Assembly: GCA_037440005.1 (NCBI GenBank)
Contig: JBBIUY010000014.1
Location: 1 to 64,000 of the forward strand
Source of the DNA: Armatimonadota bacterium
GTDB taxonomy: Bacteria; Sysuimicrobiota; Sysuimicrobiia; Sysuimicrobiales; Kaftiobacteriaceae
DNA: 64,000 bases
Reading direction: 5' to 3'
Shown: in pieces, positions 45,615 to 55,579 of the stretch
Layout: each line of letters begins with the position of its first letter
Numbering within the stretch: position 1 is the stretch's first letter
Program-made: the position numbers and the translations under genes
The notes under the pieces: model-generated
The model's database searches: none
What the model was told of the DNA's origin: nothing
The model's input: the letters and a program-made list of their open reading frames with translations, nothing else

Positions 45615-48338
45615 ATGGCCAGCGACCCCGTCTCCCCTTTGCCCACCGCCCGGCGGACGGTGGACGTGGTCCTGCGGGACGGCACCACGGTCCGGGTGCG
45701 TCCCGTGCGCGGCGACGACGCCGTTCCCCTGCTGCAGTTCTTCCGGGGGCTCAGCCCGGCCTCCCGCGCCCAGCGCTTTTTCGCCGACGTTTCCGACGAC
45801 TTCCTGGCCGAGGCCGCCCGGCGGGAGGCCGCCGCCGACGGCGTGCGCCGCGTGGGCCTGGTGGCCACCACCGGCGCGCCCGAGCGGATCGTCGGCCACG
45901 GCGTATACGCCCTGGTGGACGGCGACCGGGCCGAGGTGGCGTTCGCGGTGGCCGACGACTACCAGGGCCGGGGGCTGGGGACCATCCTGCTGGCGGAGCT
46001 GGCGGAGGCGGCCGCCGCCAGCGGGGTGCAGGTCTTCGAGGCCTACGTGCTGCCGGCCAACCACCAGATGATCGCCGTCTTTCGGGACTCGGGATTCCCC
46101 ATCGAGGTGCGGGCGGAGGCCGGCGAGCTGGTGGTCACCTTCCCCACCCAGCTGTCGGCGGAGGCGTGGGAACGGTTCCGGGAGCGGGACCGCATCGCCG
46201 CCATCAACGCGGTGCGCTGGTTCTTCCAGCCCCGCTCCATCGCCGTCATCGGGGCTTCCCGCCAGCGGGGCACCATCAGCGGCGAGGTGTTCCACAACCT
46301 GCTGACCAGCGGGTTCCCCGGCCCGGTGTACCCGGTGAACCCCGCCGCGGCGGTGGTGCAATCGGTCCCGGCCTACCGCTCGGTGGAGCTGATCCCCGGG
46401 CCCGTGGACCTGGCGGTGATCACCGTGCCGGCGCCCCACGTCCTGGAGGTGGCGCGCCAGTGCGCCCGCAAGGGCGTGCGGGCCCTGGTGGTGATCTCGG
46501 CGGGGTTTGCCGAGGTCGGGGAGGAAGGTCGGGAACGGCAGCGCCAGCTGGTAGAGATCTGCCGGGCGGCGGGCATGCGCCTGGTGGGGCCCAACTGCAT
46601 GGGGATCCTCAGCACCGACCCGGCCGTCCCCCTCAACGCCACTTTCTCCCCGGTGGTGCCTCCGGCGGGGACGATCGGCTTTTACTCCCAGAGCGGTGCC
46701 CTGGGGCTGGCGGTGATCGACTACGCGGCGTCGCTGGGGCTGGGCCTGTCGGGCTTTGTCAGCATCGGCAACAAGGCCGACATCTCCGGCAACGACCTGC
46801 TGGAGTACTGGGAGGCCGACCCGCGCACCTCGGTCATCCTCATGTACCTGGAGTCCTTCGGCAACCCCCGCAAGTTCTCGCGCATCGCCCGCCGGGTGGG
46901 GCGCTCCAAGCCCATCGTGGTGGTCAAGAGCGGGCGCTCGCCGGCCGGGGCGCGGGCCACCTCCTCCCACACGGGCGCCCTGCTGGCCGCCTCCGACATC
47001 ACCGTGGACGCCCTGTTCCGCCAGGCGGGCGTCATCCGCACCGACACCCTAGAGCAGATGTTTGACGTGGCGGCGCTGCTGGCCACCCAGCCGCCGCCCC
47101 GGGGGAGGCGGGTGGCGATCGTCACCAACGCCGGCGGGCCGGGCATCCTCTGCGCCGACGCCTGTGAGGCCGAAGGCCTGGTCGTCCCCGTGCTGGCAGA
47201 GCACACCCAGGCGCGCCTGCGGGAGATCCTGCCCCCCGAGGCCAGCGCCGCCAACCCGGTGGACATGATCGCCTCGGCCACCCCCGAGCAGTACCGGGAG
47301 GTGGTGCGCCTGGTGGCCGAGGACCCCCAGGTGGATGCGGTCATCGTGATCTTCATCCCGCCCCTGGTCACCCGCGCCGAGGACGTGGCCGAGGCCATCG
47401 TGGCCGCCGCCCGGGAGATCGGCGGGCGCACGACGCTGCTGACCGTCTTCATGTCGTCCCGCGGGGTGCCGGAGGTCCTGCGCCGCCCCGACGTGGGTCT
47501 GCCGTCGTTCGCCTTCCCCGAGAGCGCCGCCATCGCCCTGGCCCGGGCGGCCCGGTACGGCGAGTGGCGCAGCCGGGCTCCCGCTCCCGCCAAGGAGCCA
47601 CCCGGGCTGCGCCGCGACGAGGCGGCGGCGGTGGTGGCGAGGGCCCTGGGGCGCGGGGAGGGCTGGCTGACCCCCCGGGAGGTGGAGGCGGTGCTGGCCG
47701 CCTACGGCCTGCCCCTGGCCCGCCAGCGGATCGCGGCAACCCCCGAGGAGGCCGCGGCCGCCGCGGCGGAGATGGGCGGCCCGGTGGCCCTCAAGGCGGT
47801 GGCGCCGGGCGTGGTCCACAAGACGGAGCTGGGAGGGGTCCGGCTGAACCTGACCGGCGCGGAGGCGGTGCGGCGCGTGGCCGAGGAAATCACCCGGGCG
47901 CTGGCCGCCGCCGGCCACCCAGTGGAAGGGTTCGTGGTCCAGGAGATGGTGCCCGAGGGGGTGGAGATGATCGTGGGGGTGGTCTCCGACCCCCACTTCG
48001 GCCCGGTGGTCGCCTGCGGGGCCGGCGGGATCATGGTGGAGGTCCTGCGGGACGTTTCGGTGCGCCTGACTCCCCTGGGGCGGGACGACGCCCGCAGCAT
48101 GATCCAGGAGCTGAAGACCGCCCCGCTGCTGCGGGGATTCCGGGGCCGCCCGCCGGTGGACGTGGCCGCCCTGGAGGACGCCATCCTGCGGGTGGGGGCC
48201 CTGGTGGAAGACCTGCCCCAGGTGGTGGAACTGGACTGCAACCCCCTCATCGTGCACCCCCGGGGCGCCGCGGTGGTGGACGCCCGCATCCGGGTGGCGC
48301 CGGTGGTGCCTCCGCCGCCGTTCGGGTTCGTGCGGTGA
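45615..48338 (+). CDS. GNAT / NDP-forming acyl-CoA synthetase fusion
   Basis: N-terminal GNAT (YQGRGLGT), then GPNCMG, SQSG, SHTGAL and ATP-grasp HKTELGGV...DCNP. Confidence 0.9.
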   Translation: MASDPVSPLPTARRTVDVVLRDGTTVRVRPVRGDDAVPLLQFFRGLSPASRAQRFFADVSDDFLAEAARREAAADGVRRVGLVATTGAPERIVGHGVYALVDGDRAEVAFAVADDYQGRGLGTILLAELAEAAAASGVQVFEAYVLPANHQMIAVFRDSGFPIEVRAEAGELVVTFPTQLSAEAWERFRERDRIAAINAVRWFFQPRSIAVIGASRQRGTISGEVFHNLLTSGFPGPVYPVNPAAAVVQSVPAYRSVELIPGPVDLAVITVPAPHVLEVARQCARKGVRALVVISAGFAEVGEEGRERQRQLVEICRAAGMRLVGPNCMGILSTDPAVPLNATFSPVVPPAGTIGFYSQSGALGLAVIDYAASLGLGLSGFVSIGNKADISGNDLLEYWEADPRTSVILMYLESFGNPRKFSRIARRVGRSKPIVVVKSGRSPAGARATSSHTGALLAASDITVDALFRQAGVIRTDTLEQMFDVAALLATQPPPRGRRVAIVTNAGGPGILCADACEAEGLVVPVLAEHTQARLREILPPEASAANPVDMIASATPEQYREVVRLVAEDPQVDAVIVIFIPPLVTRAEDVAEAIVAAAREIGGRTTLLTVFMSSRGVPEVLRRPDVGLPSFAFPESAAIALARAARYGEWRSRAPAPAKEPPGLRRDEAAAVVARALGRGEGWLTPREVEAVLAAYGLPLARQRIAATPEEAAAAAAEMGGPVALKAVAPGVVHKTELGGVRLNLTGAEAVRRVAEEITRALAAAGHPVEGFVVQEMVPEGVEMIVGVVSDPHFGPVVACGAGGIMVEVLRDVSVRLTPLGRDDARSMIQELKTAPLLRGFRGRPPVDVAALEDAILRVGALVEDLPQVVELDCNPLIVHPRGAAVVDARIRVAPVVPPPPFGFVR

Positions 48339-48438
48339 GCCTCCCCGCTCCAGGGGAGGGCGCGGCTGCCGTCGAATCACCGGGCGGACGGCGGCCGGGG
48401 TGAGGCAGGCAGACCACACCGAAGGGGGGGGCGATCGC

Positions 48439-49740
48439 ATGCAGTGGTTATCGCAGCTGCTGACGTGGATCGCGAACAACCTCTTCAACCAGGTCGCGAT
48501 CCTCATCGGACTGATTGCCCTGGTGGGCTACGCCCTGCAACGGCGGCGCACCGAGGAGGTGGTGGCCGGAGCGCTGCGGGCCACCATCGGCGTCCTCATT
48601 CTCTTCGTGGGCATCGACGTGTTCGTCGGCGGCCTGGTGGCCTTCCAGACCATCCTGTCCAGCGCGTTCCGGCTGCAGCCGCCCCAGGCGGCCCGGACCC
48701 TGGGCGACTTCCTCAAGGAGCGCGGGGGGTCGGTGGCCCTGATCATCGCCATCGGCTTCCTCATCCACGTGGTGCTGGTGCGGGTGGTGCCCGTCTTCCG
48801 CTACGTCTACCTCACCGGCCACCTGATGTTCTGGATCAGCGTGGTGGTGGCCGCGGTGCTCCTCGAGGCCTTTCCCCGGATCAGCTCCACCGCCCTGATC
48901 CTGTGGGGCAGCGTCATCGTGGCCCTGTACTGGTCCATCCAGCCCATGTACATCGCCCGGTACATGCGCCGGGTGATCGGATCCGACGACTGGGGATTCG
49001 GTCACACCAGCTCCGCCGGGTGCTTCCTGGCGGCCTGGCTGGGCCGCTACGTCGGCAGCCGGGAGCGCCACGACTCGGAGCGGGTGCAGCTGCCCGGTCG
49101 GCTGGCGGTCTTCAAGGACATCAACGCGGCCAACGGCATCGTCATCGGCGCCATCATGCTGCTGGGCATCGCGTTCGCCGACAAGGCCCTGGTGGCTGAG
49201 CAGGCGCGCAAGTTCAGCGAGACCATCGACCCCTGGGTGTGGGGGATCGTGGTGGGGCTGCGGTTTGCCGCCGGCATCGCCATCCTGCTGTTCGGCGTGC
49301 GCATGTTCCTGGCCGAGATCGTTCCGGCGTTCAAGGGGATCAGCGACCGGATCATCCCGGGCAGCAAGCCGGCCCTGGACGTGCCCACCGTGTTCCCCAC
49401 GGCGCCCACCGCGGTGCTGATCGGCTTCCTGTCGGGGACGGTGGTGTTCCTGATCCTCATGGGCGTGTTCGGCGCCCTGGGGTGGTTCACGCTGGTGCCG
49501 CCCATGATCATGCTGTTCTTCCCCGGGGGTGGCGCCGGTGTGTTCGGCAACGCCTTCGGGGGGTGGCGGGGCGCCGTCCTGGGCGGAGTGATCAACGGGC
49601 TGTTCCTGGCCATCGGCCAGGCCACCGCCTGGGGGCTGCTGGCGAACACCGCCCCCGAGCTGGCCACCCTGGGCGACCCGGACTGGTACATCCTCATCTG
49701 GGTGCTGAGGGCGGTGCTGTCGCCGTTTGCGGGTTCGTGA
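48439..49740 (+). CDS. PTS ascorbate-family (UlaA-like) EIIC
   Basis: YLTGH, FGHTS, GVRMFLAEIVPAFKGIS, PALD.P. Confidence 0.88.
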   Translation: MQWLSQLLTWIANNLFNQVAILIGLIALVGYALQRRRTEEVVAGALRATIGVLILFVGIDVFVGGLVAFQTILSSAFRLQPPQAARTLGDFLKERGGSVALIIAIGFLIHVVLVRVVPVFRYVYLTGHLMFWISVVVAAVLLEAFPRISSTALILWGSVIVALYWSIQPMYIARYMRRVIGSDDWGFGHTSSAGCFLAAWLGRYVGSRERHDSERVQLPGRLAVFKDINAANGIVIGAIMLLGIAFADKALVAEQARKFSETIDPWVWGIVVGLRFAAGIAILLFGVRMFLAEIVPAFKGISDRIIPGSKPALDVPTVFPTAPTAVLIGFLSGTVVFLILMGVFGALGWFTLVPPMIMLFFPGGGAGVFGNAFGGWRGAVLGGVINGLFLAIGQATAWGLLANTAPELATLGDPDWYILIWVLRAVLSPFAGS

Positions 49741-49750
49741 ACCGGTGGCC

Positions 49751-50050
49751 GTGTCCCGTGACCGTCCGCTGAAGGTCCTCACCGTCTGCGGGGTGGGGAT
49801 GGGCAGCAGCCTCATCCTGAAGATGACCGCCGAGAAGGCCCTGGCCGAGCTGGGGGTCCCGGCCCGGGTGGAGCACGCCGACCTGTCCTCCGCCCGCGGC
49901 ATGGGCGCCGACGTGATCCTGGCCCAGGGGCTGCACGTGGCCGAGCTGGCGGGGGCGGCTCCGGTGGTCATCGAGGTCCGCCACTTCCTGGACACCGCCG
50001 GGCTGAAGGAGACGCTGGCCCGGCGGCTGCGGGAGCAGGGATGGCTGTAG
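49751..50050 (+). CDS. PTS EIIB (UlaB-like)
   Basis: VCGVGMGSS; start approximate. Confidence 0.88.
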   Translation: MSRDRPLKVLTVCGVGMGSSLILKMTAEKALAELGVPARVEHADLSSARGMGADVILAQGLHVAELAGAAPVVIEVRHFLDTAGLKETLARRLREQGWL

Positions 50051-50772
50051 CCCCTCCGCCCGCCGGCCGGCGGATGCGGGACCATCTGGCCCGGGTGGAG
50101 GACGCCAACCGGGACATGGTGGAGCAGGTGGCCGGCCGGATGCTGGAGGTGGTGCGGTCGGACGGCCTGGTCTTCGTGGGCGGCACGGGGCACTCGGTGG
50201 CCGCGGTGCTGGAAGGGTTCTACCGGGCAGGAGGGTTGGCGTGCGTGTACCCGGTGTACCACCCGGCCCTCCTGCCCCTGGAGGGAGCGGCGGCCAGCAC
50301 CCAGGTGGAGAGGGTGGCCGGCCTGGGCCGGACGCTGGTGCGGCAGGCCGGTCCCAGCCCGGCCGACCTGGCGTTCGTCTTTTCCCACTCCGGGATCAAT
50401 CCTGTCCCCGTGGAGATGGCCGAGGAGTTCCGGGCGGCGGGGACCCCCACGGTGGGGGTGCTGTCCCGGGACCACATGAGCCGGGCGCCCGTCCGCCACC
50501 CGCGCCGCCTGGGGGACGTGGTGGACTACATTCTGGACACCCTGGTGCCCTACGGGGACGCCGCCTTCGACCCGGGCACGGGGATCCCTACCATGCCCCT
50601 GTCTACGCTGGCGGCGGTCTTCCTGTGGAACCTGGTGCTGGCGCGTCTGGCCGCCCTGGCTGCCGCGTCCGGCGTGGCCCTGCCCCTGTGGACCAGCGCC
50701 AACGTGGAGGGCGGGCAGGAGCGCAACGCCGCCCTGCTGGAGCGGTACCGCAGGCGCATCCCCCGCCTGTAG
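50041..50772 (+). CDS. SIS-domain sugar-phosphate protein
   Basis: GTGHS, FYRAGGLA, SHSGIN, SANV.GG. Confidence 0.82.
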   Translation: MAVAPPPAGRRMRDHLARVEDANRDMVEQVAGRMLEVVRSDGLVFVGGTGHSVAAVLEGFYRAGGLACVYPVYHPALLPLEGAAASTQVERVAGLGRTLVRQAGPSPADLAFVFSHSGINPVPVEMAEEFRAAGTPTVGVLSRDHMSRAPVRHPRRLGDVVDYILDTLVPYGDAAFDPGTGIPTMPLSTLAAVFLWNLVLARLAALAAASGVALPLWTSANVEGGQERNAALLERYRRRIPRL

Positions 50773-50777
50773 CGCGC

Positions 50778-51923
50778 ATGCAGGCCGCGGACGTCCAGGT
50801 CATCTCCGCGGGCAGGGTGATCACCCCGTCGGGAGACCTGACCCCCGGAACCGTGGAAGTCCGCAACGGCCGGATCGCGGCGGTGCGCAGGGGGGTCGCC
50901 CCGCGGGCGGACCCGGCCGCTCCCGAGGGCATCCTGGCGCCGGGGCTTGTTGACCTGCAGGTCAACGGAGCCGCCGGGGTGGACTTTCTGACCTGCCGCC
51001 GGCCCGCCGACCTGGCCCGGGTCAGGCGCTACCTGGCCTCTTCCGGGGTCACCGCCTTCCTCCCCACGCTGATCACCTCCCCCATGCCCGTGCTGGCCGC
51101 CGCCCTGGACCGGTGGGAGCGATGGAGCCGGCTGCCCGGCGGGCCCCGGGTGGCCGGCGTCCACCTGGAAGGACCGTACCTGAACCCCCGGTACCGGGGC
51201 GCGCACCCCGCCCGCTACCTGCGCCCTCCGGACGCCGCCCGGCTGGCCGCCCTGCTGGACCGGCACCCGGGACTGGTCCGGCTGGTCACCCTGGCTCCGG
51301 AACTGGCCGAGGCGGGGGAGGTGATCGCCATGCTGCGGGACCGCGGCGTGGCCGTGGCCGCCGGGCACACCGGCGCCAGCTACGACCAGGCCCGGGAGGC
51401 GTTCGCCGCCGGCGTCGGACTGGTCACCCACCTGTTCAACGGCATGCGGGCGGTGCACCACCGCGACCCGGGCGTCGTCGTCGCGGCGCTGGAGCACGAG
51501 GAGGTGGCGGTCAGCCTCATCGCAGACTTCGTGCACGTCCACCCGGCCGTGCTGCGCCTGACAGCGCGCCTGAAAGGGCCCCGGCGCACCGTCCTGATCA
51601 CCGATGCGATCGCGGCGGCCGGCTGGCGGGGCAGAACCGCGTCCCTGGGGGGCCGGCGGGTCCGGGTGACCGACGTGCCCCGCCTGCCGGACGGCACCAT
51701 CGCCGGCAGCGTGCTGGCCCTGGACCAGGCGGTGCGCAACATGGTGGCCCTGGGTTTCCCCCTGCGGGACGCGGTCGCCATGGCGTCGTCCACCCCGGCG
51801 CGGGTGCTGGGGCGGGCCGACCTGGGGCGGATCGCGGTGGGGGCGCTCGCGGACCTGGTGTTGTTCGACGCAGGCCTGCGGGTCAGGGCCGTCTGGGTGG
51901 GGGGGGTGAGGGTCCTGGGATGA
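50778..51923 (+). CDS. nagA: N-acetylglucosamine-6-phosphate deacetylase
   Basis: PGLVDLQVNG, PTLIT, HLEGP, THLFNGM, AGS. Confidence 0.9.
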   Translation: MQAADVQVISAGRVITPSGDLTPGTVEVRNGRIAAVRRGVAPRADPAAPEGILAPGLVDLQVNGAAGVDFLTCRRPADLARVRRYLASSGVTAFLPTLITSPMPVLAAALDRWERWSRLPGGPRVAGVHLEGPYLNPRYRGAHPARYLRPPDAARLAALLDRHPGLVRLVTLAPELAEAGEVIAMLRDRGVAVAAGHTGASYDQAREAFAAGVGLVTHLFNGMRAVHHRDPGVVVAALEHEEVAVSLIADFVHVHPAVLRLTARLKGPRRTVLITDAIAAAGWRGRTASLGGRRVRVTDVPRLPDGTIAGSVLALDQAVRNMVALGFPLRDAVAMASSTPARVLGRADLGRIAVGALADLVLFDAGLRVRAVWVGGVRVLG

Positions 51924-52978
51924 CGGCCGCCCGGGCTCCCGGCGCCTGGATGCTGCGGGAGATCCGCGAGCAGCCGGACGTGTTCGCCCGGGTGTACGAG
52001 CGGGAGCTGAGGACCCTGGCCTCCCTCGGGGCGCGGCTGCGGCGGCGGCCGCCGCCGCTGGTGGTGCTGGCCGCCAGGGGGACGTCGGACAACGCCGCCC
52101 TGTACGGCCGGTACCTGATCGAGACCCGGCTGCAGATCCCCGTGTCGCTGGCGGCGCCGTCGGTGGTCACGCTGTACGGCGGGCGCCTGCGGCTGCGGGG
52201 CGCGGTGGTGGTCGGGCTGTCCCAGTCGGGACGGTCTGTGGACGTGGTGGAGTTCGTCCGGGCCGCCCGGTCCGCCGGCGCCCTCACGGTGGCCCTGACC
52301 AACGACACCCGCTCGCCCCTGGCCCGCACCGCCCACGAGGTGGTGAACCTGCAGGCGGGGCCCGAGCGCAGCGTCGCCGCCACCAAGACCTACACCGCCC
52401 AGCTCATGTGCCTGAGCCTGCTGGTCGCCCAGGCGGCCGGCGACCGGGTCCTGCTGCGGGCCCACGGGGACCTGCCGGACCTGGCGGCGCGCGCCCTGGA
52501 GGTGGAGCCGGAGGTGGAGGAGACCGCCCGGGATCTGGCGCGGGCGGGAGAGTGCATCGTGACTTCCCGGGGCTACAACCTCGCCACGGCGCTGGAGGGG
52601 GCCCTCAAGCTCAAAGAAGGCGCCCGGGTGGTGGCCGAGGCGCTGTCCTCCGCCGACCTCCTCCACGGTCCCATCGCGGTGGTGGGGCGCGGCTTTCCCG
52701 TCCTGGTGATCGCTCCGCCCGGGCGCGCGGCCCCGCACCTGCAGGACGTGCTGCGGCGCCTGCGGGCGCGCCGGGCCCGGACGGTGGTGCTCTCGTCGGC
52801 GGCTGACCTGCTGGCCCGGGGGACGCAGGCCGTCCCCCTGCCGGCGGTGGGCGAGGAGGCGCTGACCCCGCACGTGTACGTCCTCCCCCTGCAGCTGCTG
52901 GCCTACCACACGGCCCGGCGGCGGGGTCTGGACCCCGACCGGCCTGCGGGGCTGCGCAAGGTCACCCCCGTGCTCTAG
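51920..52978 (+). CDS. Double-SIS GlmS-C-like protein (probable glucosamine-6-phosphate deaminase, NagB-II type)
   Basis: EIREQP, SQSG, VAATKT, EGALKLKE, LRKVT; no glutaminase domain. Confidence 0.8.
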   Translation: MTAARAPGAWMLREIREQPDVFARVYERELRTLASLGARLRRRPPPLVVLAARGTSDNAALYGRYLIETRLQIPVSLAAPSVVTLYGGRLRLRGAVVVGLSQSGRSVDVVEFVRAARSAGALTVALTNDTRSPLARTAHEVVNLQAGPERSVAATKTYTAQLMCLSLLVAQAAGDRVLLRAHGDLPDLAARALEVEPEVEETARDLARAGECIVTSRGYNLATALEGALKLKEGARVVAEALSSADLLHGPIAVVGRGFPVLVIAPPGRAAPHLQDVLRRLRARRARTVVLSSAADLLARGTQAVPLPAVGEEALTPHVYVLPLQLLAYHTARRRGLDPDRPAGLRKVTPVL

Positions 52979-53081
52979 CGCCGTTACCGGTTCGTGACAG
53001 GGCGCCGTCACCGTTATCCCGAGCTCTCCGCACTCATCGGCCCGGTCGTGGAGACCGGAAATCCTGCAGGGGGAGGACCCA

Positions 53082-53570
53082 ATGACGCGCGCTGGCCTCG
53101 TGGTGATCGTGACGGTGCTGGTCGGCCTGCTGGGAGGCTCGGCTCCGGCGCAGGCGCCGCGCTCGCACTACAGCGCCCTGCTCAGCGGCACCGAGCAGGT
53201 GCCCCCGAACAGCTCGCCCGGCTACGGGGTGGCGCTGCTGGAGGTGCAGCCGGGAGGCACGTCGGTGCGGTATCGGCTCAGCGTGTTTGAGACCACCGAC
53301 GTGATGATGGCCCACATCCACATCGCGCCGCCCGGCCAGAACGGCCCGGTGGTGGTGTGGCTGTACCCGGCCGCGCCCCCGGCGCGGTTGATCCCGGGCG
53401 TCACCAACGGCGTGCTGGGCGAGGGCACGTTCACCGCGGCGAACTTCACCGGTCCCCTGGCGGGCCAGCCCATGAGCGCGCTGCTCACCGCCCTGGCGCA
53501 GGGCAACGCCTACGTGAACGTCCACACCCGCGCCAACCCGGGCGGGGAGATCCGGGGGCAGATCCGGTAG
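53082..53570 (+). CDS. CHRD-domain secreted protein
   Basis: AHIH..GPVV, AYVNVHT..PGGEIRGQI. Confidence 0.9.
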   Translation: MTRAGLVVIVTVLVGLLGGSAPAQAPRSHYSALLSGTEQVPPNSSPGYGVALLEVQPGGTSVRYRLSVFETTDVMMAHIHIAPPGQNGPVVVWLYPAAPPARLIPGVTNGVLGEGTFTAANFTGPLAGQPMSALLTALAQGNAYVNVHTRANPGGEIRGQIR

Positions 53571-53621
53571 CCGGTCCGGAGTCCCCCCCCACCGCGGCGC
53601 CGGGCACCTGCGGCGGCGGAG

Positions 53622-54707
53622 CTACCTATACACGCCGTTGTGGCCGAGGCTGAACCGGCCCGGCTGGGGAAAGTAGGTCAGGCCGTGGGGACCGGCGCCG
53701 ACGGGGACGCGGGCCAGCACCCGGCCGTCGGTCGTGTCGACCACCGACACGGTCCCGTGGAAGCGATTGCTGACCCACAGTTCCCGTCCGTCGGGGGAGA
53801 CCTGCATCATGTCGGGGCTGCCGCCGACCCTCCAGGTGGCCGCCACCCGGCGGGCGGCAAGGTCCACCACCGAGATGGTCCCCTCCAGGCGGTTGCTGAC
53901 GTACAGCCACCGCGCGTCGCGGCTGACCTGCAGGCCGTGGGCGCCCCGGCCGGTGGGAAGGAATTCCACCTCGGTCAGGCGGCGGGCGTCCACCACCGAG
54001 ACGCCGTGGCGGCCCTGGTTGGCCACGTAGAAGGCTGACCCGTCCGCAGACAGGCGCACGTCCACCGGCAGCCCGCCCACCGGCAGGACCCCGGTCACCT
54101 GCAGGCGGGCCAGGTCCACCCGGACCACCACGCCGCTGAACTCGGCGCTGGCCACCGCCGTCGCGCCCTCGGCGTCGAAGTCCAGGTGGTCCACGCCGGC
54201 CCAGGGGACGGCGACAGTGGCCAGGCGCCGCCAGGTGCGCGGATGGTAGATGTCCAGGCGGCGGTCGCGCTCGGCCACCACGATGGCCTGCGTCCCGTCG
54301 GGGGTGAAGTACAGGTTGTAGGGGTCGCGGACGGCCAGGGTCTGGACGGGTTCTGCGGTGCGGGGCTCGATGACCGTCAGGGTGTTGCCCGCGGTGCTGT
54401 TCACGTACAGGCGGCGCAGGTCCCAGGACGGGGTCACGTGGTGGGGGACCGCGCCCACCGCAAACTGCGCCACCACCGAGCGGGTCAGCGGATCCACCAC
54501 CCAGACGGTGCCGTCGCCCGAGTTGGGCACGTACACCCGGGCCGCAAGCCCCGAGACCGGCCGGCGCAACAGCGGCAGGACCGCCTCCGCATAGACTCCC
54601 GCCGGCCCGCCCGATTCGTCCGGAGCCGAAGGGCCGGGGGCACCCCCGCCGGCCACCCACCCCACGGCCAGCCCCGCCAGCACCCCTGCCAGCGCGAGAC
54701 GGTCCAT
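53622..54707 (-). CDS. YVTN/YncE beta-propeller protein
   Basis: Repeated YV.N...GTVSV.D blades. Confidence 0.85.
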   Translation of the reverse strand: MDRLALAGVLAGLAVGWVAGGGAPGPSAPDESGGPAGVYAEAVLPLLRRPVSGLAARVYVPNSGDGTVWVVDPLTRSVVAQFAVGAVPHHVTPSWDLRRLYVNSTAGNTLTVIEPRTAEPVQTLAVRDPYNLYFTPDGTQAIVVAERDRRLDIYHPRTWRRLATVAVPWAGVDHLDFDAEGATAVASAEFSGVVVRVDLARLQVTGVLPVGGLPVDVRLSADGSAFYVANQGRHGVSVVDARRLTEVEFLPTGRGAHGLQVSRDARWLYVSNRLEGTISVVDLAARRVAATWRVGGSPDMMQVSPDGRELWVSNRFHGTVSVVDTTDGRVLARVPVGAGPHGLTYFPQPGRFSLGHNGVYR

Positions 54708-55087
54708 CGCCGGTCCTCCCGTCGCCCCCACCCTCTTCCGGTAGATGTGCCCGCACCCGGGCCCTTTCAGGTATCCGGGAGAACGGCCGACAGGCCGTCG
54801 CCGTCTACAGCGCGTCATCCGGTCTGCACGTTCCAGGCGGAGGCGGGAGGACGCGCACCGGGGGGAGAGGGCGTGCCGGCGGGGAGGAGCGGGTGCGCAC
54901 GGCGCCTTCCGGGACAGAGCCGGGAAGGGAGATCCGACCGCTTCGGGTCGTCGGTCCGGTCGCCCTCCTCCGCCGGCACGCACATCCATGATGGCCCGCC
55001 TCGCCCGCCCGAGGCCATCGGGCGGGGGCCGGATTTTGCCGGCGGCCGGCGGCGCAGGCCCCGGTGTCGGAATCGGGCCGCCGGCGG

Positions 55088-55525
55088 ATGGCCCCGGACG
55101 CCGGCGATCTGGTACGGTCCCGGGTGATGGACCGCTTCGCCGGGACCCGTCTGCCGGTGCGCGTGCTGGTGGCCGACGCCCGAGGGGTGACCCGGGAGGC
55201 CATCGCCTCTGTGCTGCGGGTCCTCCCCGACGTGGAGGTGGTGGGCTGCGCGGCCACCATGGAAGAGACGCTGCGCCTGGTGCGGGACCTGGCCCCCGAC
55301 GTGCTGGTGGTGGACCCCTGGCGGTTCGGACCCGGCGGCCCGCCCGGATGCCTGGTCGCCAAGAGGCTGCGGCCCGGCCTGATGGTGGTGGCGCTGGTGC
55401 CGGACGAGCGGGAGGAGTACCTCCGGGCCGCCCGGGCGGTGGGCGTGGACCTGTGGGTGCCCAAGGACTCCGTGGGACGGGACCTGCCGGCCACCCTGCG
55501 GGCCGCATTCAGATCCCCCCGGTGA
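55088..55525 (+). CDS. Stand-alone atypical receiver-domain protein
   Basis: VLVAD, EVVG.A, PDVLVVD, WVPK; no output domain. Confidence 0.65.
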   Translation: MAPDAGDLVRSRVMDRFAGTRLPVRVLVADARGVTREAIASVLRVLPDVEVVGCAATMEETLRLVRDLAPDVLVVDPWRFGPGGPPGCLVAKRLRPGLMVVALVPDEREEYLRAARAVGVDLWVPKDSVGRDLPATLRAAFRSPR

Positions 55526-55579
55526 TCCCCGCGGGCCGCTGTATACTGGAAGGGCGCCCTGTGATCCAGGAGGACGACC

